A DNA stretch of 64,000 nucleotides from a virus: the IMG/VR virus record IMGVR_UViG_3300042970_000016, one strand, 5' to 3'. The notes under the pieces were generated by a model, which was given only the letters and a program-made list of their open reading frames with translations, had not been told where the DNA came from and ran no database searches. The position numbers and the translations under genes are program-made. Shown here piece after piece: positions 10,708 to 19,332 of the stretch (position 1 is its first letter; every line of letters starts with the position of its first letter).

Positions 10708-11097
10708 TTATAAAACGTACTGAGAAATCGTTGCACAGATTGCTTTAATATTTACCTGTGACTTGAAATCAAACTGAAGCTTTGCCCCATTGCTGAATGC
10801 TAGAATCAGCTCGCTATCAATATCAAGAACACCGGCGGTCTCTACTCCAAAATACTGTACTTTAGAATATGGATAGGAAAAATAAGAAACTTTCTTACCT
10901 GTAAGCCCCTGTACATTTACAGCAAGTACACGTTTGCTGGTGAAAATTACTTGATCACGTACTGTTTGAAATGCCTGTATGATTTCCTCGCCGGGAGTAA
11001 GGAACATATTTACTTCCGGGCGGATATTACCTACAGGTATTTCCTTCAGATTCATTAAATTTGCATCACCAACAATGCCTGTTGATACGGTTGCCAT
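10708..11097 (-). CDS. Bacterial PH-domain protein (bPH_1/YjqA-like), moron
   Basis: RDQVIFTSKRVLAVNVQGLTGKK and ETAGVLDIDSEL motifs; AT-rich. Confidence 0.85.
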   Translation of the reverse strand: MATVSTGIVGDANLMNLKEIPVGNIRPEVNMFLTPGEEIIQAFQTVRDQVIFTSKRVLAVNVQGLTGKKVSYFSYPYSKVQYFGVETAGVLDIDSELILAFSNGAKLQFDFKSQVNIKAICATISQYVL

Positions 11098-11155
11098 GAT
11101 TATCCCTCCTCATGTGGTAATTTATGATTTTTTATTTTACCACTTGTAAGGATTA

Positions 11156-12763
11156 TCAGATAAATAAGATGCCGCGGTCGTCGTAGACGGATTCGCCGCT
11201 GTCGTTGCCGCACCGGATTGCCCGGTCGAGGCCCATGATCATAGCGACCGCGCCATCGATCTTCTCTGTGGACTTTTCCTTGTCAGCCTTGATGTTTCCT
11301 GCCGGATCACGACGGATGAAGATGTTATCCATCATCCAGCGGAGTACCGGATGCCCGCCGTGGGCGATCCGCTTCTCAAGGACCAGATTCATGAGCTCCT
11401 TGGTAGGCGGAGACATATCTTTAAATCCCTGGCCGAAAGGAACAACGGTAAAGCCCATGCCCTCGAGGTTCTGTACCATCTGGACAGCTCCCCAGCGGTC
11501 AAAGGCGATCTCACGGATATTGAACCGGTTCCCGAGATTCTCGATGAACTTCTCGATAAATCCGTAATGAATGACATTGCCTTCGGTCGTTTCGAGATAG
11601 CCTTCCTTCTCCCAGAGGTCGTAAGGAACGTGATCACGCCTCACACGAAGATCAACGTTGTCCTCCGGAATCCAGAAGTAGGGGAGAACCACATATTTAT
11701 CCGTCTCATCCCTTGGCGGGAAGACGAGGACAAAGGCTGTGATATCCGTTGTGGACGAAAGGTCGAGACCGCCATAGCAGACACGGCCCTCCAGCTCATC
11801 CGGATCCACGGGAAAGGCACAGGCGTCCCATTTGTCCATCGGCATCCAGCGGACGGCCTGCTTTACCCATTGGTTCAGCCTTAGCTGCCGGAAGGCATTT
11901 TCCTCACCGGGGTTTTGCTTCGCGGAGTTGCAGGCAGCTTCGACTTTATCAATGCCTACAGTGATGCCAAGGGATGGGTTCGCTTTCTTCCAAACTTCCG
12001 GATCCGTCCAGTCATCGGATTCCTCTGCTCCGTAGATCACCGGGTAGAAGGTCGGGTCGATCTTCCTGCCCTCAATGATATCAAGTGCCTTCTGGTGGAC
12101 TTCGTAGCAGATGCTGTTCGTATCCGTTCCGGCAGTCGTAATGAGGAAGTAAAGCGGCTGGGTTCTGGCATCGCCAGACCCCTTCGTCATGACATCGTAT
12201 AACTTCCGGTTCGGCTGGGTGTGGAGCTCATCAAAGATCACGCCGGAAGTATTGAAGCCATGCTTGTTTGCCACATCCGCGGAGAGCACCTGATAGGTAC
12301 TGTTCGTCGGAAGGTAGATCAGCTTCTTCTGGGACTCTAAGATCTTCACTCGCTTGTCGAGGGCCGGGCAGAGCCGCACCATATCAACGGCCACGTCGTA
12401 CACGATCTTGGCCTGATTTCTGTCTGCGGCACAACCGTAGACTTCTGCACGCTCTTCCCCATCGCCGCAGGTGAGAAGCAGAGCGACCGCCGCGGCAAGC
12501 TCGGACTTTCCTTGTTTCTTCGGAATCTCGATGTAGGCTGTATTGAACTGGCGATAGCCGTTTGGCTTCAGAACACCAAAAAGATCTCGGATGATCTGCT
12601 CCTGCCAGTCAATCAGATCAAAGGGCTTCCGGTACCAGCTGCCTTTGGTATGCCGGAGACTTTCGATAAAGAGCACGGCATAATCTGCAGCCTCCTTGCT
12701 GTAGTGGGAGGTCTCCGCCATAAAGCGTGTCGGCTTGTAATTCTTCAGTTTTCGCATCGCCAT
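11156..12763 (-). CDS. terL: Terminase large subunit
   Basis: EIPKKQGKSE Walker A, IFDELH Walker B, GGLDLSSTTD, KIDGAVA nuclease motifs. Confidence 0.97.
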   Translation of the reverse strand: MAMRKLKNYKPTRFMAETSHYSKEAADYAVLFIESLRHTKGSWYRKPFDLIDWQEQIIRDLFGVLKPNGYRQFNTAYIEIPKKQGKSELAAAVALLLTCGDGEERAEVYGCAADRNQAKIVYDVAVDMVRLCPALDKRVKILESQKKLIYLPTNSTYQVLSADVANKHGFNTSGVIFDELHTQPNRKLYDVMTKGSGDARTQPLYFLITTAGTDTNSICYEVHQKALDIIEGRKIDPTFYPVIYGAEESDDWTDPEVWKKANPSLGITVGIDKVEAACNSAKQNPGEENAFRQLRLNQWVKQAVRWMPMDKWDACAFPVDPDELEGRVCYGGLDLSSTTDITAFVLVFPPRDETDKYVVLPYFWIPEDNVDLRVRRDHVPYDLWEKEGYLETTEGNVIHYGFIEKFIENLGNRFNIREIAFDRWGAVQMVQNLEGMGFTVVPFGQGFKDMSPPTKELMNLVLEKRIAHGGHPVLRWMMDNIFIRRDPAGNIKADKEKSTEKIDGAVAMIMGLDRAIRCGNDSGESVYDDRGILFI

Positions 12764-12879
12764 CAGGCGACCTCCTTTCCTTGCATCAAAAAAGGACCGC
12801 CGGAGCGATCCTTGTCACCATGTGGTGTATCTGTACGAGAGAAAGAGCCGTTCCTGGCTCCCTCCCGGATTTTCAATCT

Positions 12880-13107
12880 TTAGTTGAAGCTGTGCAGGAT
12901 GGCGGCAACCGCAAGCTGTGCGTTTTCCGTCTCCGGCTCGATGTCCCAGCCGCGATCGTATCTTGCAACCGGGTAGTCGCTCAGGCGAATCTCGAGCTTG
13001 CTCACCTTGCCGCCTTCGATGCCGTAGTCTTCGCTCGGCTCTCCGTATACCTTTGCGCAGTAGGTGAAAATCTGGTTTCCAATCTTAAGGCTTCCGTTTT
13101 TCCACAT
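12880..13107 (-). CDS. Conserved phage hypothetical protein (75 aa)
   Basis: MWKNGSLKIG start with GGAGG RBS and own promoter motif; YDRGWD motif. Confidence 0.7.
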   Translation of the reverse strand: MWKNGSLKIGNQIFTYCAKVYGEPSEDYGIEGGKVSKLEIRLSDYPVARYDRGWDIEPETENAQLAVAAILHSFN

Positions 13108-13151
13108 GGTCTTTGTCCTCCGTTTTCTTTGTGCGCCTTTTCCTTTGGCAT

Positions 13152-13185
13152 GTACATATATCACTCTGCGTCGGGATAATAGCAA
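13152..13185 (-). promoter_or_regulatory. Repeated promoter motif, copy 1
   Basis: TTGCTA-N17-GATATATGTAC; same spacing as copies at 13764, 15085 and 55759. Confidence 0.6.
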
Positions 13186-13283
13186 GGAGAACCGACGCAT
13201 ATATGTGACAAAGATCAGTGGGATAAATTGTGTGGATTTCTACGAGAAAGAAGCCCGTTTCCGGGCTCCCTTCCCGCCTGTTT

Positions 13284-13718
13284 TTAGTTCAGGCTTACCT
13301 TAAAGGCGTGTCCCTTTTCGTAGCCATTGCCGAAGAAGTCTTTCCGAAGGTTGACCTCGACCATCTCGCCGATCGTGCAGCCGGCTTCTTTGAAAAGCCA
13401 AAGCGTCTCGACTGCGTCGGTTGCCCGGCAGCTGTAGGTGAAGGCCTTGATGCCGTTCTCCCTCATGCAGGCGGTGAGGGCTTTAACATCCCGGTCCCAG
13501 ATGATGTCGTCGAAGTCGAGGATCTCGTTTTTGTTGTCTCTGGATTTCTCGTAGGCTCTCCAGACCTTGCAGGCGATGTCGCCCTTCTCATCGATCTGAT
13601 CCTCCGCTTCCTTGGCTGCCTCTCTTGCGGCGTCCCTGCCCTCGGCAGTGGTGGCTTTTGCATAAGATTTCTTTGCATCCTGCAGGCGATTGTAGGTTTC
13701 TTCAAAAATGTTCGTCAT
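13284..13718 (-). CDS. Conserved phage hypothetical protein (144 aa)
   Basis: MTNIFEE start with GGAGG RBS; coherent ORF. Confidence 0.7.
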   Translation of the reverse strand: MTNIFEETYNRLQDAKKSYAKATTAEGRDAAREAAKEAEDQIDEKGDIACKVWRAYEKSRDNKNEILDFDDIIWDRDVKALTACMRENGIKAFTYSCRATDAVETLWLFKEAGCTIGEMVEVNLRKDFFGNGYEKGHAFKVSLN

Positions 13719-13763
13719 GGCTTTGCCCTCCTTGCTTTGTGCTTGTTTGTTTTCCTTTGGCAT

Positions 13764-13797
13764 GTACATATATCACTCTGATGGCCTGTGATAGCAA
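13764..13797 (-). promoter_or_regulatory. Repeated promoter motif, copy 2
   Basis: TTGCTA-N17-GATATATGTAC; perfect palindrome TGCACAAGA-T-TCTTGTGCA upstream at 13817-13835. Confidence 0.6.
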
Positions 13798-13848
13798 GGA
13801 AATGTAGGCCATAATCTGCACAAGATTCTTGTGCAAAAACTGTGGATC

Positions 13849-14250
13849 TTAGACGTGCCCTGTCATGATAAAAGTCACGTAGGAGTCCCTGTGATCCTCG
13901 ATGAAAAGGACCAACTCGTAGTATTCATGGTCAAAAGCGATTCGCTGAACTGCCGGAACGAGGAGCATGTTGCTTTCACCGCTGTCCCGAACCTTCATCA
14001 GCTGATCCCGTACCGTCTGGGTGAACTCCGGAACCAGTGACCGGCAGCGGTCTGCACCGTAAGCCACACTCAGGCTGCTGTGATTGTCCCAATCAACTCC
14101 GATGCTGCCGACGTCATCCACGTAGCGGACGGTTCCATTGGTTCCGATCGGCGGTGCCTGTTTATCCCGCATCTCAAGGAGCTCCACCCGGGCTCCTGCC
14201 GGGTAGTGCTCACGAAGGTTTCGGATCTCTTCAACGCTTAGGTATCTCAT
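13849..14250 (-). CDS. DUF4314 + DUF5049-like fusion protein
   Basis: YPAGARVELLEM..DKQAPPIGTNGTV N-terminus; VRDSGESNM C-terminal domain. Confidence 0.7.
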   Translation of the reverse strand: MRYLSVEEIRNLREHYPAGARVELLEMRDKQAPPIGTNGTVRYVDDVGSIGVDWDNHSSLSVAYGADRCRSLVPEFTQTVRDQLMKVRDSGESNMLLVPAVQRIAFDHEYYELVLFIEDHRDSYVTFIMTGHV

Positions 14251-15059
14251 TCTGCAACCTCCTCGTTCTCTTTCGTCTCCTTCTTTGCCGGAGCGCCATT
14301 TCGGAAAGCAGCGCTTCCGGAGAGATTCTGAAGCAGGATCTTTCTTGCTGCCTTGTAGTCCGGTCCGATAAAACCGAGGCGGAGAAGGAAGCAGCGGAAG
14401 GCGTATTTCTCATTGTCTGTTCCCACAGGTCTTGCGCTTGCGTGCTTCAGATCCTTCGAGAGCTTGCAAAGCTTTGTGAGGAAGAGAAGGTACGCGTTTG
14501 TCTCCTCTGGCGAAAGTTCCCGATCGAACCATGGGAACTCGACCTTGTCCTCGGTAACGTTGATCCTCGTGTCGGTGATGCCGAGGGCCTTCTTGATGAG
14601 GCTATCTTTCGAGCTGATCAGGTTCGTAAGCGTTCCGATGTTTGCCGCGTCCAGAGGAAGGGAGATCGTAAGGCTTGTCGGTTCTTCCTCCGTGGTTTCT
14701 TCCGGAGCGCCTTCTGCAGGAACCACCTCGGTTTTTCCGATCGGCTCCTCCGTTTTTTCCGCAGGCTCTGTTGTTTCTTTTGCAGTCTCGGCTTCCTTCG
14801 CATCGGCGGTTTCTTCCGGCGCTTCTTCCTTCTCGGTTTCCAGCAGCTCGTAGCCCTCGTCCTTCAGCGCGGCAAGCAGGCTGCTTAAGTCTCTGCCGTC
14901 CGGGGCGGTGAGGGTGGCGTCTCGGTTTACCGTAAGGTCGCCGATCTGGAAGGCGTAGGTCGGGGTGAACTGGTAGAGGGCATTTTCCCCGGTGATCCTG
15001 CTGATCGCCTTTGCAAATGCCTTCTTGTTTTCCTTGATTACGTTGAATGTTAACTTCAT
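14247..15059 (-). CDS. Phage 'virulence-related' family protein with acidic linker
   Basis: NEKYAFRCFLLRLGFIG...RKILL.NLSGSAAF C-terminal motif. Confidence 0.75.
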   Translation of the reverse strand: MKLTFNVIKENKKAFAKAISRITGENALYQFTPTYAFQIGDLTVNRDATLTAPDGRDLSSLLAALKDEGYELLETEKEEAPEETADAKEAETAKETTEPAEKTEEPIGKTEVVPAEGAPEETTEEEPTSLTISLPLDAANIGTLTNLISSKDSLIKKALGITDTRINVTEDKVEFPWFDRELSPEETNAYLLFLTKLCKLSKDLKHASARPVGTDNEKYAFRCFLLRLGFIGPDYKAARKILLQNLSGSAAFRNGAPAKKETKENEEVAE

Positions 15060-15084
15060 GGTATGTACCTCCTTTGTTTTGGTA

Positions 15085-15118
15085 GTACATACATCGCTCT
15101 GTGCCCGGAAGATAGCAA
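15085..15118 (-). promoter_or_regulatory. Repeated promoter motif, copy 3
   Basis: TTGCTA-N17-GATGTATGTAC upstream of GGAGG RBS. Confidence 0.55.
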
Positions 15119-15169
15119 GAGAATCTAAACGAAATAACTACCAAAGAGAAGCCGAAGAAACGAAGCAGT

Positions 15170-16420
15170 TTATGTGGTTTCGACTTCCTTTACGAGGTCG
15201 GAGTAGGGGATCTTTGTATCACCACGTTCTACATACACACTATCTGCATCGCCGGTATCCTCCACGTAGCGGCGGAGAATGACCGAGGCGTATTTCGGAT
15301 CAAGCTCTGACATGTAGCAGATACGATTCATCTGTTCGCAGGCCATCATCGTGGAACCGGAGCCGCCGAAGGTATCCAGCACGATGGCGTTCTCCTGACT
15401 GGAGTTCTTGATCGGGTAGGAGAGCAGGTCCAGAGGCTTACTGGTCGGGTGGTCCTTGTTTCGCTTTGGCTTATTGAAGTTCCAGATAGTGGTTTCAGAT
15501 CGTCCTGCGTACCACGAATGTTTGCCGTTCTGCAGGAATCCGTAGAGGATCGGTTCATGCTGCCACTGATAGTCGGAGCGCCCGAGCACGAGGGAGTTCT
15601 TCACCCAGATACACACACCCGCCAGATGGAATCCGGCATCGATGAAGGCCTTCCGGAAGTTTAGCCCCTCGGTATCTGCATGGAAAACATAAGCCGCACC
15701 ACCCTTCTCAAGGTGAGCGGCCATGTTGGTAAAAGCAGAAAGCAGGAACTTGTAAAATTCATCGCCCTTTAAGCTGTCGTTTTCAATCGTAAGTCCGTCG
15801 GATGCTTTGAAAGAGACCCCGTAAGGCGGATCCGTCAGGATCAGGTTTGCGGTCTTGCCTCCCATCAGGCGCTCGACGTCTTCAGGAGAAGTAGCATCGC
15901 CGCAGAGCAGTCGGTGCTTTCCGACCGTCCAGAGATCACCTTTTTCGACGAAGGATGCCTTCTCAAGGGCAGCGGAGAGATCAAAATCATCATCTTGTGC
16001 GCCGCCATCGTCTGGGCCTGCCATCAGCTTTTCCAGATCCTTTTCGTCAAAGCCGAGGAGTGACAGATCAAAGGATTCATCTTTCAAATCGGACAGTTCC
16101 ACAGAGAGCATCTCTTCATCCCATCCTGCATTCAGAGCCAGCTGATTGTCGGCTAGGATATAGGCACGCTTCTGAGCGTCGGTCAGGTTTTCGGCAAAGA
16201 CGCAGGGGACGGTCTTGTAGCCTTCCTCCCGTGCGGCTTGCACACGTCCGTGGCCGACGAGGATGTTGTACTTGCTGTCGATCACGGCAGGGGAGACGAA
16301 ACCAAACTCCCGAAGCGACGCTCTCAGCTGCGCGATCTGTTCTTTACTGTGTGTCCGGGCATTCCGGGCGTAAGGCACCAGCTTGTCAATCGGTACCTGT
16401 TCCAATTTTACTGTATCCAT
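15170..16420 (-). CDS. ParB-N fused N6/N4 DNA methyltransferase (orphan phage methylase)
   Basis: PYARNARTHS ParB start, LTDPPY catalytic motif, DTFGGSGST SAM-binding motif. Confidence 0.93.
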   Translation of the reverse strand: MDTVKLEQVPIDKLVPYARNARTHSKEQIAQLRASLREFGFVSPAVIDSKYNILVGHGRVQAAREEGYKTVPCVFAENLTDAQKRAYILADNQLALNAGWDEEMLSVELSDLKDESFDLSLLGFDEKDLEKLMAGPDDGGAQDDDFDLSAALEKASFVEKGDLWTVGKHRLLCGDATSPEDVERLMGGKTANLILTDPPYGVSFKASDGLTIENDSLKGDEFYKFLLSAFTNMAAHLEKGGAAYVFHADTEGLNFRKAFIDAGFHLAGVCIWVKNSLVLGRSDYQWQHEPILYGFLQNGKHSWYAGRSETTIWNFNKPKRNKDHPTSKPLDLLSYPIKNSSQENAIVLDTFGGSGSTMMACEQMNRICYMSELDPKYASVILRRYVEDTGDADSVYVERGDTKIPYSDLVKEVETT

Positions 16421-17002
16421 TTATCGTCCTTTCCTTGAACGAAGGAGCTGCTCCATCGTGTCATTCGGATTCCCGTCCTCAAACTCCTCGGTGCAGTTCT
16501 GCTTCACAATGTCATAGATTTCCATCCAGATCAGATTGGCAGCTTTCTGAAACTGCGATGCCATCTGGACGAAAGGGGAGCTCACGACCCCGCCTGTCGT
16601 CGGATGCTTCCCGAGAAGCCCGTAGGTACTGATCGCGTCCTCACACTGAATGTAACGGGCGAAGTTCTGCGCGTAGGATTCAATGAGCCGCTTGTTTACA
16701 AGATTTTCGCAGTGGCGGCGCTTGAGCCAGAGCCAGGTCTCTTTGTAGATAGCGTCGGCCCCGAGCGGCTTGCCGTTTTTCTGTTTGGCGGAGAGGTATT
16801 CGTCCGGCTTTGGCATATCCGCGCCTTCGAGCACCGCTCCTTCCGGGAGATCCACTGCTTCAAGTTCATCCGGCTCCAGATCAGGAATGTCATTTCTCAT
16901 GACCTGCACCGGCTTTCCATTTGCTATTTTTTCCGCAGCAGGGGTGGGCTTGCCACCGGCTTTGATTCGCCTGCCGCCGCGGTACGTTCCGTCTTTTGCC
17001 AC
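16421..17002 (-). CDS. terS: Terminase small subunit, P27 family
   Basis: GTYRGGRRIKAG start; GLLGKHPTTG...SPFVQMA motif. Confidence 0.85.
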   Translation of the reverse strand: MAKDGTYRGGRRIKAGGKPTPAAEKIANGKPVQVMRNDIPDLEPDELEAVDLPEGAVLEGADMPKPDEYLSAKQKNGKPLGADAIYKETWLWLKRRHCENLVNKRLIESYAQNFARYIQCEDAISTYGLLGKHPTTGGVVSSPFVQMASQFQKAANLIWMEIYDIVKQNCTEEFEDGNPNDTMEQLLRSRKGR

Positions 17003-17110
17003 GGTTTACACTTCCTTTCTGTGCAGGCGGCGGGGTTAATCCCCTGTTTGAACCGGAAAAAACGCACGCGAGAGGGGGCGGCGGTTTCCTGACCTGTTGG
17101 TTTTAGGGAT

Positions 17111-17482
17111 TTATCCCGCCCCTCCCGGCTTTCGATCGCCTCGCTTCTCGTGAATTTTTTCATGACAGCTCCGGCATAAACTCTCGAGGTTACTCTCATC
17201 GTTCGTTCCTCCTTCCGAGATCGGGACGATGTGGTGGACTTCCTCGACCGGAACGAATCGTCCGTGCTTTAAGCACTCCTCGCAGAGCGGATGCTTGTGA
17301 ACGTATCTGGTCCGGATCTTTCGCCACTGGCTGCCGTACCGTTTGTGTCCGTTGTAGCCCCGGGTGAAGTCATCGTAGTGCTTCTCCATCAGCTTCTTAT
17401 GAGTGGGACAGTACTGCTCACCGTCCTCGCAGAGCTTATTGCATCCTGGATACCGGCAGGGACGTTTGGGCTTCCTTGGCAT
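17111..17482 (-). CDS. Packaging-associated HNH endonuclease
   Basis: HPLCEEC, EEVHHIVP, NLESLCRSCHEKIH motifs; upstream of terS. Confidence 0.93.
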   Translation of the reverse strand: MPRKPKRPCRYPGCNKLCEDGEQYCPTHKKLMEKHYDDFTRGYNGHKRYGSQWRKIRTRYVHKHPLCEECLKHGRFVPVEEVHHIVPISEGGTNDESNLESLCRSCHEKIHEKRGDRKPGGAG

Positions 17483-17505
17483 GCCTGCCGCCTCCTTCCT
17501 TGCAT

Positions 17506-17545
17506 AGCAAAAGCCCCGGAGGAACGGTGTCCTTCAGGGCTTTGT
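17506..17545. terminator. Hairpin between late activator and HNH gene
   Basis: AAAGCCC..GGAGG / CCTTC..GGGCTTT inverted repeat. Confidence 0.4.
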
Positions 17546-17642
17546 GAGTTTCATCTTGCTCGCTTTCGCTGATTCTATACTATCACATATGCGAGAGTCT
17601 CATTTTGTTGCAAAGTGTTGCAACCTGCGGTAAGTTCCGGAT

Positions 17643-18068
17643 TCAGATGACGATCGGGTCATCCGGGAGCGTGACATGCCTGAGCGCATTGCTGTGCCAG
17701 CGGTACACTGTTGTGCGGTCCGCATAGAGGCGGTCGCCGATCTGCTCCCAGGTATAGTTGTGCACGTACCGGTAGCGGAGGACGAGCTGTTCATTGGGAT
17801 CCTCGACCTTTGCGATGACAGTCCGGATCTGGTCCTTCAGATCCACGTAAAGATCGATCTCGTCGTCGATGCGGTGCTCGAGCTCGATGATCTTCTCGAT
17901 GGAGCGGACGAATGGAGCGTCACCGTCATGACTGGTCTGCACCCGTTCGCCAAGAGCAGGTGAGGAGACAGAAGAAGCCATGTGGCGGAGTCTTCCGACC
18001 TCCTCGATGTCGCTGTTGATTTTCTGGTCAAGCCGATAGGCCTGACGAATGTATTCCTTTGCGGTCAT
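17643..18068 (-). CDS. ArpU/RinA-like late transcription activator (DUF1492)
   Basis: MTAKEYIRQAYRLDQKINS start; C-terminal HTH LRYRY...TWEQIG...RWHSNAL. Confidence 0.85.
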   Translation of the reverse strand: MTAKEYIRQAYRLDQKINSDIEEVGRLRHMASSVSSPALGERVQTSHDGDAPFVRSIEKIIELEHRIDDEIDLYVDLKDQIRTVIAKVEDPNEQLVLRYRYVHNYTWEQIGDRLYADRTTVYRWHSNALRHVTLPDDPIVI

Positions 18069-18286
18069 GATATTCCAGCCTCCTCTTTGAGCTTGGTTAA
18101 TAGTTTCTCTCCGCTGATCGAGGTGAGCCCGGTAAACCACTGGGAGAAGAAGAACTTCTCTGTCTCCTCCTTCATGGCCTTGGCGTCCTTGTCATAAGGA
18201 TGGCGCTTGAGCCTTCTTACGGCAATCCTCCAGTCTCTTACAGCCTGAAGGATGATCGCGTTGGCAAGGCGTTCATATGGATCCAT
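18065..18286 (-). CDS. Conserved phage hypothetical protein (73 aa)
   Basis: MDPYERLANAIILQAVRD motif; GGAGG RBS. Confidence 0.7.
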   Translation of the reverse strand: MDPYERLANAIILQAVRDWRIAVRRLKRHPYDKDAKAMKEETEKFFFSQWFTGLTSISGEKLLTKLKEEAGIS

Positions 18287-18716
18287 CGGCACCTCCAGTC
18301 TCGACACAGTCCGTTGTGAAGGTACGAATCCGGATGCCGCGGTGAACGGCGTGGTTGTACTCACGGGTCATGCCATCGGAATATGGCGCATCGCCGAAGA
18401 CCCAGACCTCCTTGCAGTGGTTCTCGAGGATGATCCCGAACTGGAGCCCGATCTTCCGATCGATGGAACTCTTGTCATCAAGGATTCCAAGATACGCATA
18501 GAACAGGTGCGGTGCGATTGGGACACAGCCACGGGATACAGCAAAGCGGCAGTAGCGAAGGGCAGCGTCAGCGTTCTTTATGGTATCACCTGCATATCTG
18601 CTGCAGATATAGACGATTGGTCGATGCGGGATCTTCTCCGGACGGCTGAGGTGTTCCACAGCCTTGCCAGCAGTCGGATCGAAGTATCCTTCATGATTTC
18701 TGTACATCTCATTCAT
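18273..18716 (-). CDS. DUF4406-like (nucleoside deoxyribosyltransferase-fold) protein
   Basis: RNHEGYFDPTA start; VYICSRYAG, PIAPHL, EVWVFG motifs. Confidence 0.75.
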   Translation of the reverse strand: MNEMYRNHEGYFDPTAGKAVEHLSRPEKIPHRPIVYICSRYAGDTIKNADAALRYCRFAVSRGCVPIAPHLFYAYLGILDDKSSIDRKIGLQFGIILENHCKEVWVFGDAPYSDGMTREYNHAVHRGIRIRTFTTDCVETGGADGSI

Positions 18717-19122
18717 GGCGCACCTCCAGCTCTGTGATCTCAATCTCAATGCCGGTCGGTTCATCGGACCAGCGCTTCTCCACATGCTCCTGTACTACCT
18801 GAGCGTCATCGTTCCAGTAATCACAGCGGGTCATGCAGTCCTTCAGCATCTTCTCAAGGTTGTCGGTATCAGGACGAGTCACCCGCCACTCACCGTCTTT
18901 GTGGGACTTGCCCTTTGGGAAGCGCCACACGACATGGAGGGCAAGAGGACCGGTGAGCGGCTCCCATGGTGTGTGACTTTGAAGAAGGACCATCAGGGTC
19001 TTCTTGGCAGCTTTCAGCTTTGCAGGCTCATAGAACACTGGACGTCCATGAACCATCGCCACTTTCTTTTCCTGCGCCGTGGCGGTCGGCGGATTACATT
19101 TGATGAAGAATTTCATATTCAT
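18709..19122 (-). CDS. rusA: RusA family Holliday junction resolvase
   Basis: RPDTDNLEKMLKDCMT...WNDDAQV motif. Confidence 0.9.
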   Translation of the reverse strand: MNMKFFIKCNPPTATAQEKKVAMVHGRPVFYEPAKLKAAKKTLMVLLQSHTPWEPLTGPLALHVVWRFPKGKSHKDGEWRVTRPDTDNLEKMLKDCMTRCDYWNDDAQVVQEHVEKRWSDEPTGIEIEITELEVRHE

Positions 19123-19129
19123 TCCCTTT

Positions 19130-19320
19130 CTGGAATTTTCCGTTTCCGGATTCGGAATTCCATTTTGAGAAAAGCGCTACGTTCCTTGTTCCTCTTTGAG
19201 GAAGGGCTGGGCTTTAAGCCCTTCCTTAAAGGGAACGATCACGGAACGTAAATATCTTTTTATAAGGCCTATTTCCGTTCATGGAATGGAACGAAAATAT
19301 CCCGCTTTTCCGTCATCAGA
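19130..19320. repeat. GGAA/TTCC-rich intergenic region with hairpin, putative replication origin
   Basis: Dense GGAA(C)/(G)TTCC repeats; AGGAAGGGCT...AGCCCTTCCT inverted repeat; immediately downstream of the primase-helicase gene. Confidence 0.45.
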
Positions 19321-19332
19321 TAGTTGCTGGAT

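Noticed and set aside
14247-15059. 'Virulence' label as evidence of a virulence factor
   Set aside because: It is a legacy family name for a common phage gene; nothing in the sequence supports the function
15170-16420. Phage methylase as part of an R-M system
   Set aside because: No cognate nuclease nearby; orphan ParB-MTases are routine in this prophage group
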